Positions 16,237-29,900 of a stretch of DNA of 64,000 bases are shown piece after piece. The notes under the pieces are model-generated. The model saw only the letters and a program-made list of their open reading frames with translations, did no database searches and was not told where the DNA came from. The position numbers were made by a program, and so were the translations under genes. The stretch is taken from NCBI RefSeq assembly GCF_964355755.1, contig NC_092677.1, forward strand, positions 9,384,101-9,448,100, written 5' to 3'. The stretch's first letter is position 1; every line of letters starts with the position of its first letter. The stretch is from Antedon mediterranea. Its lineage: Eukaryota; Animalia; Echinodermata.

Positions 16237-19200
16237 ATGGCGGCGGCGACGACGACGGAAAGTGACCAAACGTCAACTTCACTTCTTTCGAAAATGGAGG
16301 TAATAAAACAGCATAAAAATCATAAAATTGAAAATTAGATGATATATGATATATTTAGGCATACAATGAGTTAACTTTATTATTGTTTTGTATCATTTTA
16401 TTCATTGTTTCATGCTAAAATATTAAAGTTAGGCCTAGGCGATAGCAAGATATAGTCGAATGACATCATTGCGACTCGGAAAGGCGGCGAAACTGGCGTT
16501 TGCTCCTCATCGCGAGACACATTTGCATTATATTTTTAGGCCTAGCTCAGCTCAACGCGAAAAAATGTTCATATTTATTTTAATTAGACCTAGGTTTTAG
16601 CTTGTGCTCGGTATATGATTAATAATAATAGGCCTAATTGAGAACGTTTTTTAAAATTAAATTTTTATATATTATTAAAATTATAATATTATAAATATTA
16701 TTTTTATTCAATTTTCTTCCATATAAAATAAAAAGGCCTACATAATTTCATAAATACTGTATCTAGGCCGCCTACTATTACATTGTAATATTATTGTATT
16801 ATACCTAATATTTTTCATTTAAATCACTTCCTTTAATTGTTTGATTAATAATAATTAGTACTACTCCAGCAATAGATTTAAGAAAGATGCATTAAAAAAA
16901 TTATGATTTCTGTCTATATAGGAAGCTGTAAATAAATTATATGATTTCCGAGACCATTACTTTGAAAGAAATAGTCTTGACCGAGCAATACACAAAGCCA
17001 AAGAACTTGAAGAAGAGCTAAACAAAACTATCAAGCTTCTTGAAGAACATCAAGGTGCAATATTCATTTATTTTAAATTAATTTGAAAATTATTACTTTT
17101 AGTTATGTACTACAACTCCCATGCACATATTTTTTTACCATGTAAAACTAGGATAATGCCGGGGATAATGCACTTGTCAATTGTACGACATTATTTAACC
17201 CCGGGAGACTGACGGAAATTGACACACCATTGTTCATTGATGTGACATACTGTACCATCTAGGTTTGTTGACACGGACCGTTGACACATCCCTGTTTTTT
17301 AATAATTAATTTGTAAATGACGCGCCTCTCTCAGGGGTCGTATAGTAGTGGGTCATTCAATAATTCACTAACTGAAGCTGAAATATTAGTTTGTCATAAA
17401 ACAATTTATATTTTTCTTGCACAGTTGAGACACCAGAGAGGGCAGTGTTTTTCTTTTTGAAAGGCAAAGCGTTAAACGTTCTCCCAGAATTTAGCCCCGA
17501 TGCACTTGAATGCTTATCACGTGCCGTCAAGCTTGACCCCAAACTTGTCGAAGCTTGGAACCAATTAGGTGAATGCTATTGGAAGAAGAAAGATGTTGAC
17601 ACAGCTAGGAACTGTTTCAATGGCGCCCTCAACCATGTACGTATAAACTACCACAAAAATCTTGCACTAACATTGGCTCCATTCAGGCTTAACTATTTAC
17701 CCGGGTATGTTGGTTTCATTGGCACAGTTTGTCACTAACTTTGGTGGGTAGAAACTAACTTTTCTGGGTTATACTGCATTGAAATACCGGTTGGGACTGG
17801 TAGTGTTCTGGTTGTGAGACCTGTCTGGGTTCTGTACACTCTATATACCAGATAGTGATGGTGTAATGATAGTATCGGAATAGCATAGTGTTAGGCATAG
17901 ATTCAAGCCTATCTGTACCATACTGAATGCATGTGTTATGCGCGATTTGAACGATTTGCACAATTTGAAATTGCGCAAAAAAAATCCTTGCGCAATTTGA
18001 ATTGAAACATGTGTTTCAAATTGCGCAAGCAACGTATTAAATTGCGCAAGTAATCTGTAAATTGCGCAAGGTTTTTCGACAGATTGTGAAATCATGCATA
18101 CCCATATTTTTATAGTAATTTCTAAGAATGATTCAAAATTAAAGATAAATATCGCATTTCCTTATTTTAGTAGTGCAAATATTGTTATAAGTTAGCATAC
18201 CGTCGAAGAACCGACGAAGGAAAACGAAGCGGTGGTGTTCCACCAGGCGGGCGCGGCGCGGGCGGCCGGCTATACTACTCTAGCCTAGCTAGGGTCTGGA
18301 CTACTGATACTGACTAGGTTAGCTTAAACTAATATTAAAAACTTAATTTTTACATTTATTTTGATTTATTTCAAGTTACAGTGATAATATTATTTAATTG
18401 TAATAATAAATGTTATGTATTTATTACACACATCTTCGCATTTATTATGTTTTATTTTGAGTTATTTAGTTTCCAATAAATTATTATAATACCGATTGTC
18501 TGGTAGAATTTTGTTGCGCAATTTGAAAATTTACAGTTCGTTTTCAAATTGCGCAAAGGTGTCATATTGCGCAAGAACTATCTTGCGCAATTTACAAATT
18601 GTGCAGCGCAATTTAAAATTGCGCAAAGATTTTCTTGCGCAATTTGAAATTGCGCAAGTTGATTGCGCAATTTGAAATTGCGCAAAAAAATTCTTGCGCA
18701 ATTTTAAATTGCGCAAGAATTCTTTGCGCAATTTCAAATTGCGCAAGGATTTTTTTGCGCAATTTCAAATTGCGCAAATCGTTCAAATCGCGCATAACAC
18801 ATGCTTAGGTAAGAAGATACATTGCCTTTTCCTTTGGATGGGATGTAACGCCATTGGTCATGTTATATCATGATGTCAAAAAAATGTCTTAAAAAAAGAT
18901 AATTATATAACCTATGTTTGACAAAAATGCCTACTGTCTTTTTGTATAAAATCTTTACATAAATGCCTGTGATTTTTATTCCTTTCAGAGTAAGAACAAG
19001 TATTCATTGCGTAACCTGTCAATGGTTTTAAGACAAATTGGAAAAACAAATGAAGAAAAGAACCAAGCTATACAACAAAGTATAGAATATGCTAAGGAAG
19101 CTATTCAACTGGACATTAAAGATGGAACATCATGGTGTAAGTTAATACAGTATAATGCATTTCATAACACAGGCCGGATCCAATGGTTTGGGTGCATATT

Positions 19201-21657
19201 ACCCCCCTTACCCCCTTCCCATTTTGACAGCTAATGAAATTATAAACTACTTTTTGATATTTATATTGAACAGACTATCAATGTTAGCATTCCCTATGTT
19301 TCCCCTGTTTTAAAAATCCTTGATCCGCCCCTGTCACATGATGAGTGAGTAAATTTGATTGTGCTTGTTTATACATGCTACAATGGTGGTTAGTGTACAA
19401 ATTATTTGATAACGTTCCTATGTAGAACCATTTAACTATTTTCTTTGGTTTTCTAGTTATTATGGGGAACGCATATTTGGCTGTGTTTTTTGCTGGAAGT
19501 CAAAATCCGGCTATACTTAAACAATGTATAAGTGCCTACTCACAAGCAGTAAGTATACACAAATATTAAAAGAACACCTTACTTTATGGACTCTAAAATG
19601 TCAGCTAATAAATTAAATTGTAACTAGGCATAATAGTATAATAGATTTTTTTTAACTTTTAGGTACGATCTTGTCCTCAGTACGTGTATGATTGCCGTTT
19701 ATTAATTACAGTTTAATATAAATTGATTTTTTATTTAAAAAAATGAATTAATTAATATTTCAGGAGAAAGATCCAGTAGCAAATTGCAATCCTGATTTAC
19801 ATTTTAATAGAGCAACAGTAAGTATATTAAATAAATGTGTATTTTAAAATCTCTGTAAAATTAGTAGTGACAGATTGCGGTAAAAATATGCTTTAACCCT
19901 GAGGTTGATATTTGCCACTGTTTTGCTATTAATAGCATACAGTATATATTTAAAGCTCTGTCTACACTATCAAACATTATGTGACAAAAATGTGATGTGT
20001 CTATATATAGACATGATGTCATATCACTACCATGTTTTGAAATATCACTATCATTATTTTGGTCAAAAACGAATTTACACAGAGTAATATTGTGATTAGT
20101 AGGTGTACAGTATTTGACTAGTCTGTTTCGAGGAGCTGCAATTCCTTATTGTTTCTATACAAGCAGTGGAAGTAGATCTTTTGCAAATGTTTGAGGAGCC
20201 CATAAGTCAAATTTGCCTATTGTATCACCAAAGAGAATGAATGTAGTAATGTATTGTAAAAAATGTGTTTGTTGTTTTAGTTGCACAAATATCAAGAGGA
20301 ATATGAACTAGCATTAATAGACTATGCAAGAGCAAGTGCTCTGGACCCCATGTGGACAGAACCAAAGGAGAAAATGGAACAATTAGTTATATACCTATCA
20401 AAAATACAAGATTTAGTTGAGAAAAAAGTGAGTCAATTTACCATATCCATAGATGTACTGTATTGTGCTGGGCCACAAAGTTGTGTTAGGACACCCACCT
20501 ACAGTCTTCAGTCTTCCCCCAAAACATTGTTTTAAAGGCCTTCTAGTTATATCCCGTCTCACTCACTTGTATTATTTTGAGAGAGGGGGAAGAGTTATTG
20601 GATTTCATACGAAATTTGACATTTATTTTGTGTTTAGATGAAGTGAATATATTATGTAAGATTTTTAAAATCATTCATATAAATTAAGCCAAAATTATCA
20701 ACTACATTAATTTATACTTGCAGGGAAAATTAAAACCAAAAAGACTACAGCAGCTGTTAGGCGCCTTCAAGTCATCTGATCTAGGCCCTTATGGTGGAGG
20801 AATATTCCAATCTGCCAAGGGGGATAAAGTGACGTTGGAGCCTGTCAAATTAGATCAGCTTGATAAAGGACTAAACAAAGAAAAAGTTATATTAGGAAAA
20901 GTAGTGTGCAATATAATGATAGATGAGCCAATTCCATTGTAAGTATTGCCAACTAGAATATCTTTCAGTGGATTTGTAGCTTTGTGGTTAAGATGCTTGG
21001 CCAGGGTCATGGTTTCAAATCAATGTAACATTATTGAATGCCAAATAAAATATCTTTATCAATTTACTTAATATCTTTTATACCAACATCAAGCAGTTGA
21101 TAATTCCTTGTTAAATATTGTTCTTCATACAGTACATTTGCATTGATTGACTCAGAAGGCACCTGTTATGCGGTTAATATATTCAACATTGCTCAAGGTC
21201 AAGGGGTCATCATAGGAGATTCCGTAGCAATACCTGAACCATTTGTTATGCACCATGAGCTTAGTGCTAGTGATAAGGTAAGTGTGATAATTCTCCAATC
21301 AAATGGGCTCCTGAAAACACTGCACTATAGGTCGATAGTTGATAATCAGAAACCTTCCCAATAATTGCAGGAGTTTCCAGATAAAGGTACATTTTCTTGT
21401 TTTGGATATTTAAAAAAAAACATGTATATGTCAAAGCATATGGCATACCCATTATTTACCCTATTTTAATATCTTTGTGATTTTGGTGAGTCGAATGCTT
21501 AAAAAGAGTGTATTATTCATTTTGTATGTTTTGATAGGTTATCAAGTTCCCCAGTATAAGAGTAGAAACTCCAGTGGTGTTAGTAGTCAATGGAAAGAAA
21601 TGGGGAATAGAAAAGCAGGCACCAACAGTCTTATCTGTATCTACTAAATGCGAATAA
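16237..21657 (+). CDS. TTC5: Tetratricopeptide repeat protein 5 (tubulin autoregulation factor; TPR repeats plus OB fold), 10 exons, complete
   Basis: Exons 16237-16299, 16922-17054, 17425-17636, 18989-19136, 19457-19548, 19764-19817, 20281-20427, 20724-20938, 21133-21277, 21538-21657. Motifs [85 protein letters not shown]. Confidence 0.94.
17929..18804. mobile_element. Non-autonomous TIR element with ~60-bp TIRs and subterminal TTGCGCAA arrays, in TTC5 intron 3
   Basis: GCATGTGTTATGCGCGATTTGAACGATTTGC... and ...GCAAATCGTTCAAATCGCGCATAACACATGC; about 20 TTGCGCAA palindromes; no clear TSD. Confidence 0.8.
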
Positions 21658-21947
21658 GCAGTGTCACTAGAAAGGAGGAGTAACAGCCCACATGGCATTG
21701 ATTGTTGGGGTCTACAGAAAGCGCTGCATACATCGCATGGAAACGCAACATAAAGGGCGCTTTTAATTTGTAGTCTGTCGTCACAAATCGAAAGCTTCCT
21801 ATCATTAGCAGTACAGTACTACAGTTTGCAGGGACCATCATTATGGGATACATGGTTGCAAAAAATATGTTTTGTATTCATAAACAAATACAATGGTGTA
21901 GGTACCATATGGTTTTGTGAACAAAATACACCAGGTTTTAGACGTGC

Positions 21948-22051
21948 TTTTAGTGCTCTATGCAATGCTCGCGACTCTACAGCTCACGACGTCGGTTGGT
22001 CGGTCGGTTGGTAAACACGCGCGCGACTACAGCCATGTATATGGCCTTGTT
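21948..22051 (+). mobile_element. Short HINE-like element (second copy at 22653-22741)
   Basis: TTTTAGT(CGCG)...CGACTCT(A/C)CAGCTCAC...GTCG microsatellite...GACT(A/G)CAGCCATGT..ATGGCCTTGTT occurs twice. Confidence 0.55.
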
Positions 22052-23008
22052 TATGTTGAGAATGGAAAACCTCAAATCCTTCAATGAACTAGAGCAAATG
22101 TTGTATTAACTAAAATAGTGATATTTTTTAGCAAACATAAAAGCATAAACAAAGTCATACATTTTTTTTATTCCTTGTGCTCCATAATACATCGAAAAAA
22201 TGTATTTTTATAAACTTCATTCCTCTGCAGAAGAAACAAGTGTGTCATGCTCCAACATTTTGTGCAATATTTTTTTACCAAGATTAGCAAGGCATTTTTT
22301 AATGGTTTAATATTTCAGTAAGCTTGGAAGTGTTATATGCAGTGTACTACAAATAAGATATTAAATTTTCAACACTTTCATTCCGTACCATCAATCACGG
22401 CATACAGTATTTCTGCCCACGCTGATGGGATACTAGCAAGACGATTGATTATTTTGCACCCAGAAGTCAGTACAACAAATAGTTCTAGGAAAGAAATTGG
22501 ACAGAACAATAACATGGAAGAAACTTATTTTTTATTGGGATACGGACCAGAAATTAATATATTGTTCTGTACACCAAGTCAAATCTTTCTAGAAAGTTTC
22601 TCAAAAATTAGAGGAAAATTTCTTAAGCATTCTTGTAAGAATATGGGTGAGGTTTTTAGTCGCGTGCAAATGCGACTCTCCAGCTCACTAAACACTAACT
22701 CAAAGTCGCGCATGTGACTGCAGCCATGTTATGGCCTTGTTTATTGTAGGTAACCACATACAAAAATCCTATACAATTTTTTCCTACATTAGTTGTGTGT
22801 GATCCTCACCCGTCGCAGGCTTTAGTGTTTGCTACTCTTTATTGGCTTGCACCTTCAAGAATTGAAGTTCTACCAGTGTTCCAGATGAATGGACTTGTAT
22901 ACCTGTTCTACCAGAATCTACCATATGCAGTTTGATGGTTGAAAATATAGTTAAGATAACCATTTTTACTTTTGTGAAGTTCTAAAGTGAATTCTATTTG
23001 TTCTTCCA

Positions 23009-23233
23009 TTATTGTACAATATCGTGAGGTAATTTCCCGATTGATCGTAATCAACGACTAAAGCCAAAGTATAGTCGTTATCTCGGGACCGTTCTATGGC
23101 CACCACCAGGTAGGCTTACTTCATTAAGGCTTCTATGAATGGATGTACTTGTTGGGGTCAGGAACGCTAGTAGACCATACCCAGTACCGTTTTGATTATG
23201 ATCAATCGGGAAATTACCTCACGACGTACAATA
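23009..23233. mobile_element. Unclassified inverted-repeat element between TTC5 and OXA1L
   Basis: TCGTGAGGTAATTTCCCGATTGATCGTAATCAA (23021-23053) pairs with TTGATTATGATCAATCGGGAAATTACCTCACGA (23192-23224), 32/33 match. Confidence 0.6.
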
Positions 23234-23933
23234 ACTTTGTCTAGGATTTAAAATTGCACATAGTTTATTCAGTTCTGTTTTTAAAAGCATTTGACAAATA
23301 AAAAATACAAAGCAATAATTTATCTTTGTATTTATTCATATGTAAACATTTTATGTACATTCCTTTTACTATTCATAGTAAATAGTGCATTTCAATGTAA
23401 TTAGCTCTTTTTTATTACTAATTATCATTATTAACTGCCATTGTTTATCTTCTATCACTCCACACTGAAGATAAACAAATAAGCAAAAAACTATGGAAGG
23501 CAATTGCTGCCAAATATTTAAGTATTTATCTTATTGTATAGGGAGACTACAACTTTGTGTGTTAATGCACGGAACCTTGTGTACCTGCCACGTTAAATAT
23601 TGTACATTTTAAATTGATTCTTGGTTTAACCTTGCATAACATTTCACACATGTAACCTTCATACCAACCTACTAGTATTAGGTAATTTTTATCTATAAAT
23701 TGTTGGTTCAGTGATGTCTATAGACCACATATCACATCATGCATCGGTTTTACGAGTCATATTGCACGACAGATCTTTAGTAGCTTTAGCTTTTCATTCA
23801 TTTAGGAATTGAACCTATAACATTGAATGATATGTTACTGTATAAGTCAATACACCATACCACAGCTCCATGCCCATTTACAGTCTAGATCTCGACATTT
23901 AAAAAACGATTTTCAAAATTGTATTTTGTTTAA

Positions 23934-26900
23934 TTATCGAATCTTCTTCCGTACATTTTTAGTTGTTGTGGACATTGGTTGTGCCACAGTTGGTTGCTGT
24001 TTTGTTGGGTCATATGAGAATGTCTGTGGTACAGGTCCAGTACCGGACTCTCTCAATCGTTGTATTTGACTTTTCTTAGCCTGGTCAAAATCATACGAGG
24101 TTTGAGCATTCTTCCAGCCTAATATGAAAACATTTAAATTTTTAATTCAATATGAAAATATGCTGAAAAGAGAAAATGAATACTGAACTGTTATTTTACC
24201 TGATTTTATGCTCTGAATAATGCCTTCCTGTTTTGGCATGTCTTCAGGACGGTGCTTTACACGTACAGGAATATTCAAGGCTTCACGAACAGAGGGAAAC
24301 CGCAGCATACCAACTTGAGCTACAGATACACAGTTGGATGTTATCCAATAACAGAACACGGCCTAAAAGATACAAAAAACGTGTTAAGCTCTGTCTACAC
24401 CATCAAACTTTATGTGACAACAAAAATGTGATGTGCCCATATATGGACACGATGATGTCATTTTACTATTTCATTATTTGATAGTGTGGACAGAATTGCT
24501 TTTGATTTTATCAGTCTGGAAGCAATATCTATGACACGTTTAGATAGGCCCATGTGACTTTGTACTTACTTTAGGCATGGATACAATGAATGGAAGGACA
24601 AGAAAAGGCAGCACTCGAAAAACAATCTTCATTTTTTGCATTTGAGCGGAACTCACACCTGCTTCTCCACCAAGCTATGGAAACAAAGGCAATATTTTTA
24701 AGGTAAATAATTCTTTAAAGTATAGACAATATATTTATCTATTTTATTAATGCCAAAGCCGATACTAACTATTTAGTATTTTGGTTAAAATTCTAGTTGT
24801 ATTTATCCTTTGATTTGAAGCAAATGATAGTAGACAATTCTCCACATTTAAATATAAAGGGAAATATATGTTGAATACGCTAACCTCCAACACAGCTAAC
24901 ATAGAGAGGGTTGCCATTGCGGGCATTATATAATAAGGGTCAGAGGTTGTAAGATCAGTGAACCATGACATTCCTCCAACTTGCATGCTTTCAACTGGTA
25001 ATGTTGCCATTTTTCGTAGCCCAATGAAGAATGATATAAATATTGGTGCCTGAAAAGAAAGATTATAAATATTCATGAATATGGACATTCACAAAAGCAT
25101 ACTTCTATCTGCATCTCATGAAATGAAAAGGAAACTATATGTTTTTTAACACTACAGCCAGCCCCTTTCAGGGGACACTTTCCCATGAAAAGAACAAGAG
25201 AAAATATATGTTTTAACACTACAGCCAACCCCTATTTAGAGGACATTTTCCCATGAAAAGAACAAGAGGAAATATATGTTTTAACACTACAGCCAGCCCC
25301 TTTGAGGGGACACTTTCCAATGAAATAAACAAGGGAAATATATGTTTTAATAACAAAATGGCCAACCTCTATTCAAGGGACACCCTGTTAGGTCCCAAAT
25401 GTGTTTCTTTCATCAAGAGTTTTTGTATCATATAATTCTTACCTGAACAGCTACTCCCATAAAACTCTTAAGTGGATTAATATCGTGTTTCTTCATAAAC
25501 CGCTGCATTTCATTACTTGCCATCATTACTAAAGTAAACAAACAATTATTAGTACACATACAGTACTAAAAAAAAAACCAAACAGATAATAAAAGATAGT
25601 TACAATTGCATTATTAAGCCTGTAACTAGGAATTTTACAGTTTACTAGTTAATAATAACAATAATAATATCCTGGATTTATATAGTGCCTAATGTTGTGA
25701 AACCTCTAAGCGCTGAACATTATTACCGCAGTCATTTTTTTAGATCAAACACGTATGGAAACATACTCCCATAATGCAGCAAGTAATCAGCGCAAAGTTC
25801 TGTCTTGATCTAACCAGTACCCATTTATACACCTGGGTGGAGAGAGGAAAACGTAAGTAAAGTATCTTGCCTAAGGATACAAGCAATGCGGTAAGAGTTG
25901 GATTCAAACCTCGGTCTCACGATCAGTAGTCCAACACCCTGCACCACACGCCCTCACTTGTTAGTTAGTTAAACATATTTAACATCACTTCTCTAGGTCT
26001 CTAGTTTGAAAAGGGAACTACAGGGTACACAAATATTAATTGAAAGTATCTTAAATATATTTTAATATTATAAACAAATTAAGTAATACCTTCAGTTTGA
26101 TCTCCTGATGTCCTGGCTTCATTAAATTTAGCTGTAAGCTTTTGAAACGTTGGCATTACATTGTTCATACGTCCAGAATAACGTTGGTTACGAACAATTA
26201 TTGGAAAAACAGCTATTCTTGCTATTATGGTACCTGTAGAAATATGTCTATAAGTATATTGAAAGTTGATTGGAGAGGTTTGTACGTGGCCTGCAATACT
26301 TACTGCAACTGGCCAAATCAAAACTTGGGATCGTTTTCAAATTTTGTTTGTGAGCATGTACAGATGCAATTCTCCGTAATTTGAATGCACTGCATAATGC
26401 AATTAAATTGCATATACTGTACGCAGTACGAACACATAAGGTTTATTTATGCAACTTCATAAAAAGAAAATAGAAAACTGGGGACAAACAGATTTAAAAG
26501 TTTAAGGTAAAGTAACCTGTAGCAATAGCAGCCCACCACGGTAAGCCAGCAGATATATGAAGAAATTCTAAAGCACTTTGTAGCAACCCAACTGGAGTGT
26601 AACCGCCAAGCCCAAGCTCTGAAAATGGAATCTCTGCCACAGGCTGAAGAATCTCTGCTGCTGTTGTAGCCACATCACTGGATGGCAAGGAGGATAGCTG
26701 GTTGGCAGTCTCTGAAATCTGAAGTAGAAATCATCATTATTATTTATTCTCTGTGAGTTATTAAAATCATATTCAAATCTTTAATTTACAGTTTTCCATA
26801 GAAATAAGATAATATAAATATATTGTCCTCCAAAAACATGAAAAATTAAGATTAATAAAAAAAAAGATATTGAATATACCATTTCTTATTTTATAAATAG

Positions 26901-29900
26901 ACAACGGTTAAATTCAAGTCAATTTGACTATTTTTTTGCTTTGACTAAATTACAGTCTTTCCAGGTAAAGAACTTTTTTTTCTCTCCAATTTTTGGTCAA
27001 ATTGAATAACTATTATGTAAAACATGGTATTCAACAAAGACATTTAAACAAATAATTTTTTCAAGGGACAATACACCTTTAAGCAATTTAAGTTTATTTA
27101 TACTAATTAATAAATAGCACAATAATAAGTAACACACATGCACAATTGATAGTTAACCACTTCCGTTTCACACAATTCTTACCGGATTTTCTAAACTTGC
27201 TCCTACATCATCTAGTGTACTATTGTGTCGCACAAAACTTAATGCAGAAACTTCATAAGGAATATTTCGACCTAACTGATGCTTGAGAAGTGAAGAACTG
27301 CTTTGAGACTTTGATAATTTATTATGAGAAAATGCTTGTTGAAATGTTTTGATATTTCTTGTACACTGTAAAAAATAAACAAGAATTAAGATTATATGTT
27401 AAAGCACTGCATGTTTTTATTGTTAGATAATTTCGATTTGGAAAGCAGAAAAATACTTACTGTACCATTTTTACCAAGTTTCCGTTTTGAGAACAGTACT
27501 TTAAAGGCCAAGTGCGGGTAAAAAATTTCTATTGATCATACATTTCAATAATTATCGATCAATAGTTTCCCCTAAGTTTCATAATTTTTGGGATTTTATT
27601 TGTGTTACACGAGCTTGTTGAAAATTAGCACTTTCTTATCAGTGGGGGGATAGTTCAAATTACACACTAAAATCTCTATTCTTTTGTACACAAATTTTGA
27701 AAATAGAGAGGCATTTTAAAAAGCTATGAAAAATAAACCGTGTGGTAAAAAATGTTATCAGATGACTAAATATAGGTAATATAACTTGAATTTTACATTT
27801 CTGGTATTTTTATTCAACTTCAGATTTTTATTTTCATGTTATAGCAAAAATTATCCACCGTATATCCACCATCTTTTTCTTCTTTCTTCCTGGTTTTTTT
27901 GGCAGAATTTTGCCAAATTTTGTGTTTGACCATATTAGGGGAAATTCATATTTTTTCGTCTTGATTTCTGTTACAAATATTTGATTTATGTAGGCCTACA
28001 ATTAACCAGATATTATATTTAAAATTCATGCCTGTACTACTGCTACTCTGTTATGTGAATTACTATACGAAAACATTTTTTAAATTCTCAATCGTATACA
28101 TCAATATTTCATTTATTACAAAATATTTATTATTAATGCTGGTAAATATAAATAATCATATTAGCGGCTACTCTAGCTAGGCCTAGCTAGACCTATATAA
28201 TTTATAATAATATATTATTATTAATTAATTTTTTTTCTGCTTTTAAAAATCACTTTTTTTAAATTTTTAAACTTTCTAGCAGAAATTGAACTGAAAAAAC
28301 TATATACTGTATTTTACAGGCGCTTTTAAACTACTATAAGACGAAAGACAAGGCTAGCTAGGCATATAACTCGATCTCTAGGCCTAATAGTACTAAGCCG
28401 GATTACTTACTCCTCACCTTCGACGACGTCGACAAGGATTCATGCACTTTGAATGAAATTAAATAGGGCAGGCCTAGAAATAATGTTGATACTTTTATCA
28501 AATTTATTTTAAAAATTAAGCACGTATTATTATGAAAATAAAAGAACTAATGTAAGTATGTACCTTAGTAATTGACTTCTTATTCGTTGATACTATTAAA
28601 ACTGACAAATCTACCGCACGTTTCTCGCAGGTATATAAACTATACCAAACTGGCGAGTAAATCATGTTTTACTTTTTAAACCTCGCAACGTCTGGTTGAA
28701 AAGGCTACTCGGACCAATAATTTCTATTAGCCTAGGGGTTATTGCGATTTGGACGTTTCTGATTGGCTGTAGCCATGGACTATATTGATTAACACTGTTC
28801 TGATTGGTTGTAGCTTTGAATACATCTTCTCGGAACTCGTCCTTAATACAATAGCAATTTAGCACAGTGTTTTACTATATAACCAGATAAATAATAGGAA
28901 ACATTTAATAATTTGATAAATGACATTTAAATAGCAATTTAGGTAAATGTCTTTTGAAATGAAATTAAATAAATTATAACCAATTTGGTTAGAGTAAAAC
29001 ACAATGATAAAGAATAGGAAACATTTAATAATATGATAAATTACATTTACATAGCAATTTAGCACTGTGTTTTACTATAACCAATTTGGTTAGAGTAAAA
29101 CACAATGATAAAGAATAGGAAACATTTAATAATATGATAAATTACATTTACATAGTAATTTAGCACTGTGTTTTACTATAACCAATTTGGTTAGAGTAAA
29201 GCACAATGATAAAGAATAGGAAACATTTAATAACATGATAAATGACATTCACATAGCAATTTAGCACTGTGTTTTACTATAACCAATCAGATTAGAGTAA
29301 AACACAATGATAAAGAATAGGAAACATTTAATAATATGATATATAACATTTACATAGCAATTTAGCACTGTGTTTTACTATAACCAATTTGATTAGAGTA
29401 AAACACAACGATAAAGAATAGGAAACATTTAATAACATGATAAATTACATTTACATAGCAATTTATCACTGTATTTTACTATAACCAATTTGGTTAGAGT
29501 AAAACACAATGATAAAGAATAGGAAACATTTAATAATATGATAAATTACATTTACATAGCAATTTATCACTGTGTTTTACTATAACCAATTTGGTTAGAG
29601 TAAAACACAATGATAAAGAATAAGAAACATTTAATAACATGATAAATGACATTTACATAGCAATTTAGCACTGTGTTTTACTATAACCAATTTGGTTAGA
29701 GTAAAGCACAATGATAAAGAATAGGAAACATTTAATAACATGATAAATGACATTCACATAGCAATTTAGCACTGTGTTTTACTATAACCAATCAGATTAG
29801 AGTAAAACACAATGATAAAGAATAGGAAACATTTAATAATATGATATATAACATTTACATAGCAATTTAACACTGTGTTTTACTATAACCAATTTGATTA

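Noticed and set aside
17755-18795. ORFs rich in [11 protein letters not shown]
   Set aside because: Artefacts of the TTGCGCAA repeat arrays.
22337-22717. 126-aa plus-strand ORF
   Set aside because: No recognisable homology, it ends inside a HINE-like repeat, and it has no supporting splice structure.
28418-28473. Possible extra OXA1L exon or start (tttctag|GCC...GAAG|gtgag, ATG at 28443)
   Set aside because: It has a stop when entered in phase 0 from exon 1, and its own ATG ends in phase 2, incompatible with phase-0 exon 2; at most a non-productive or non-coding exon.
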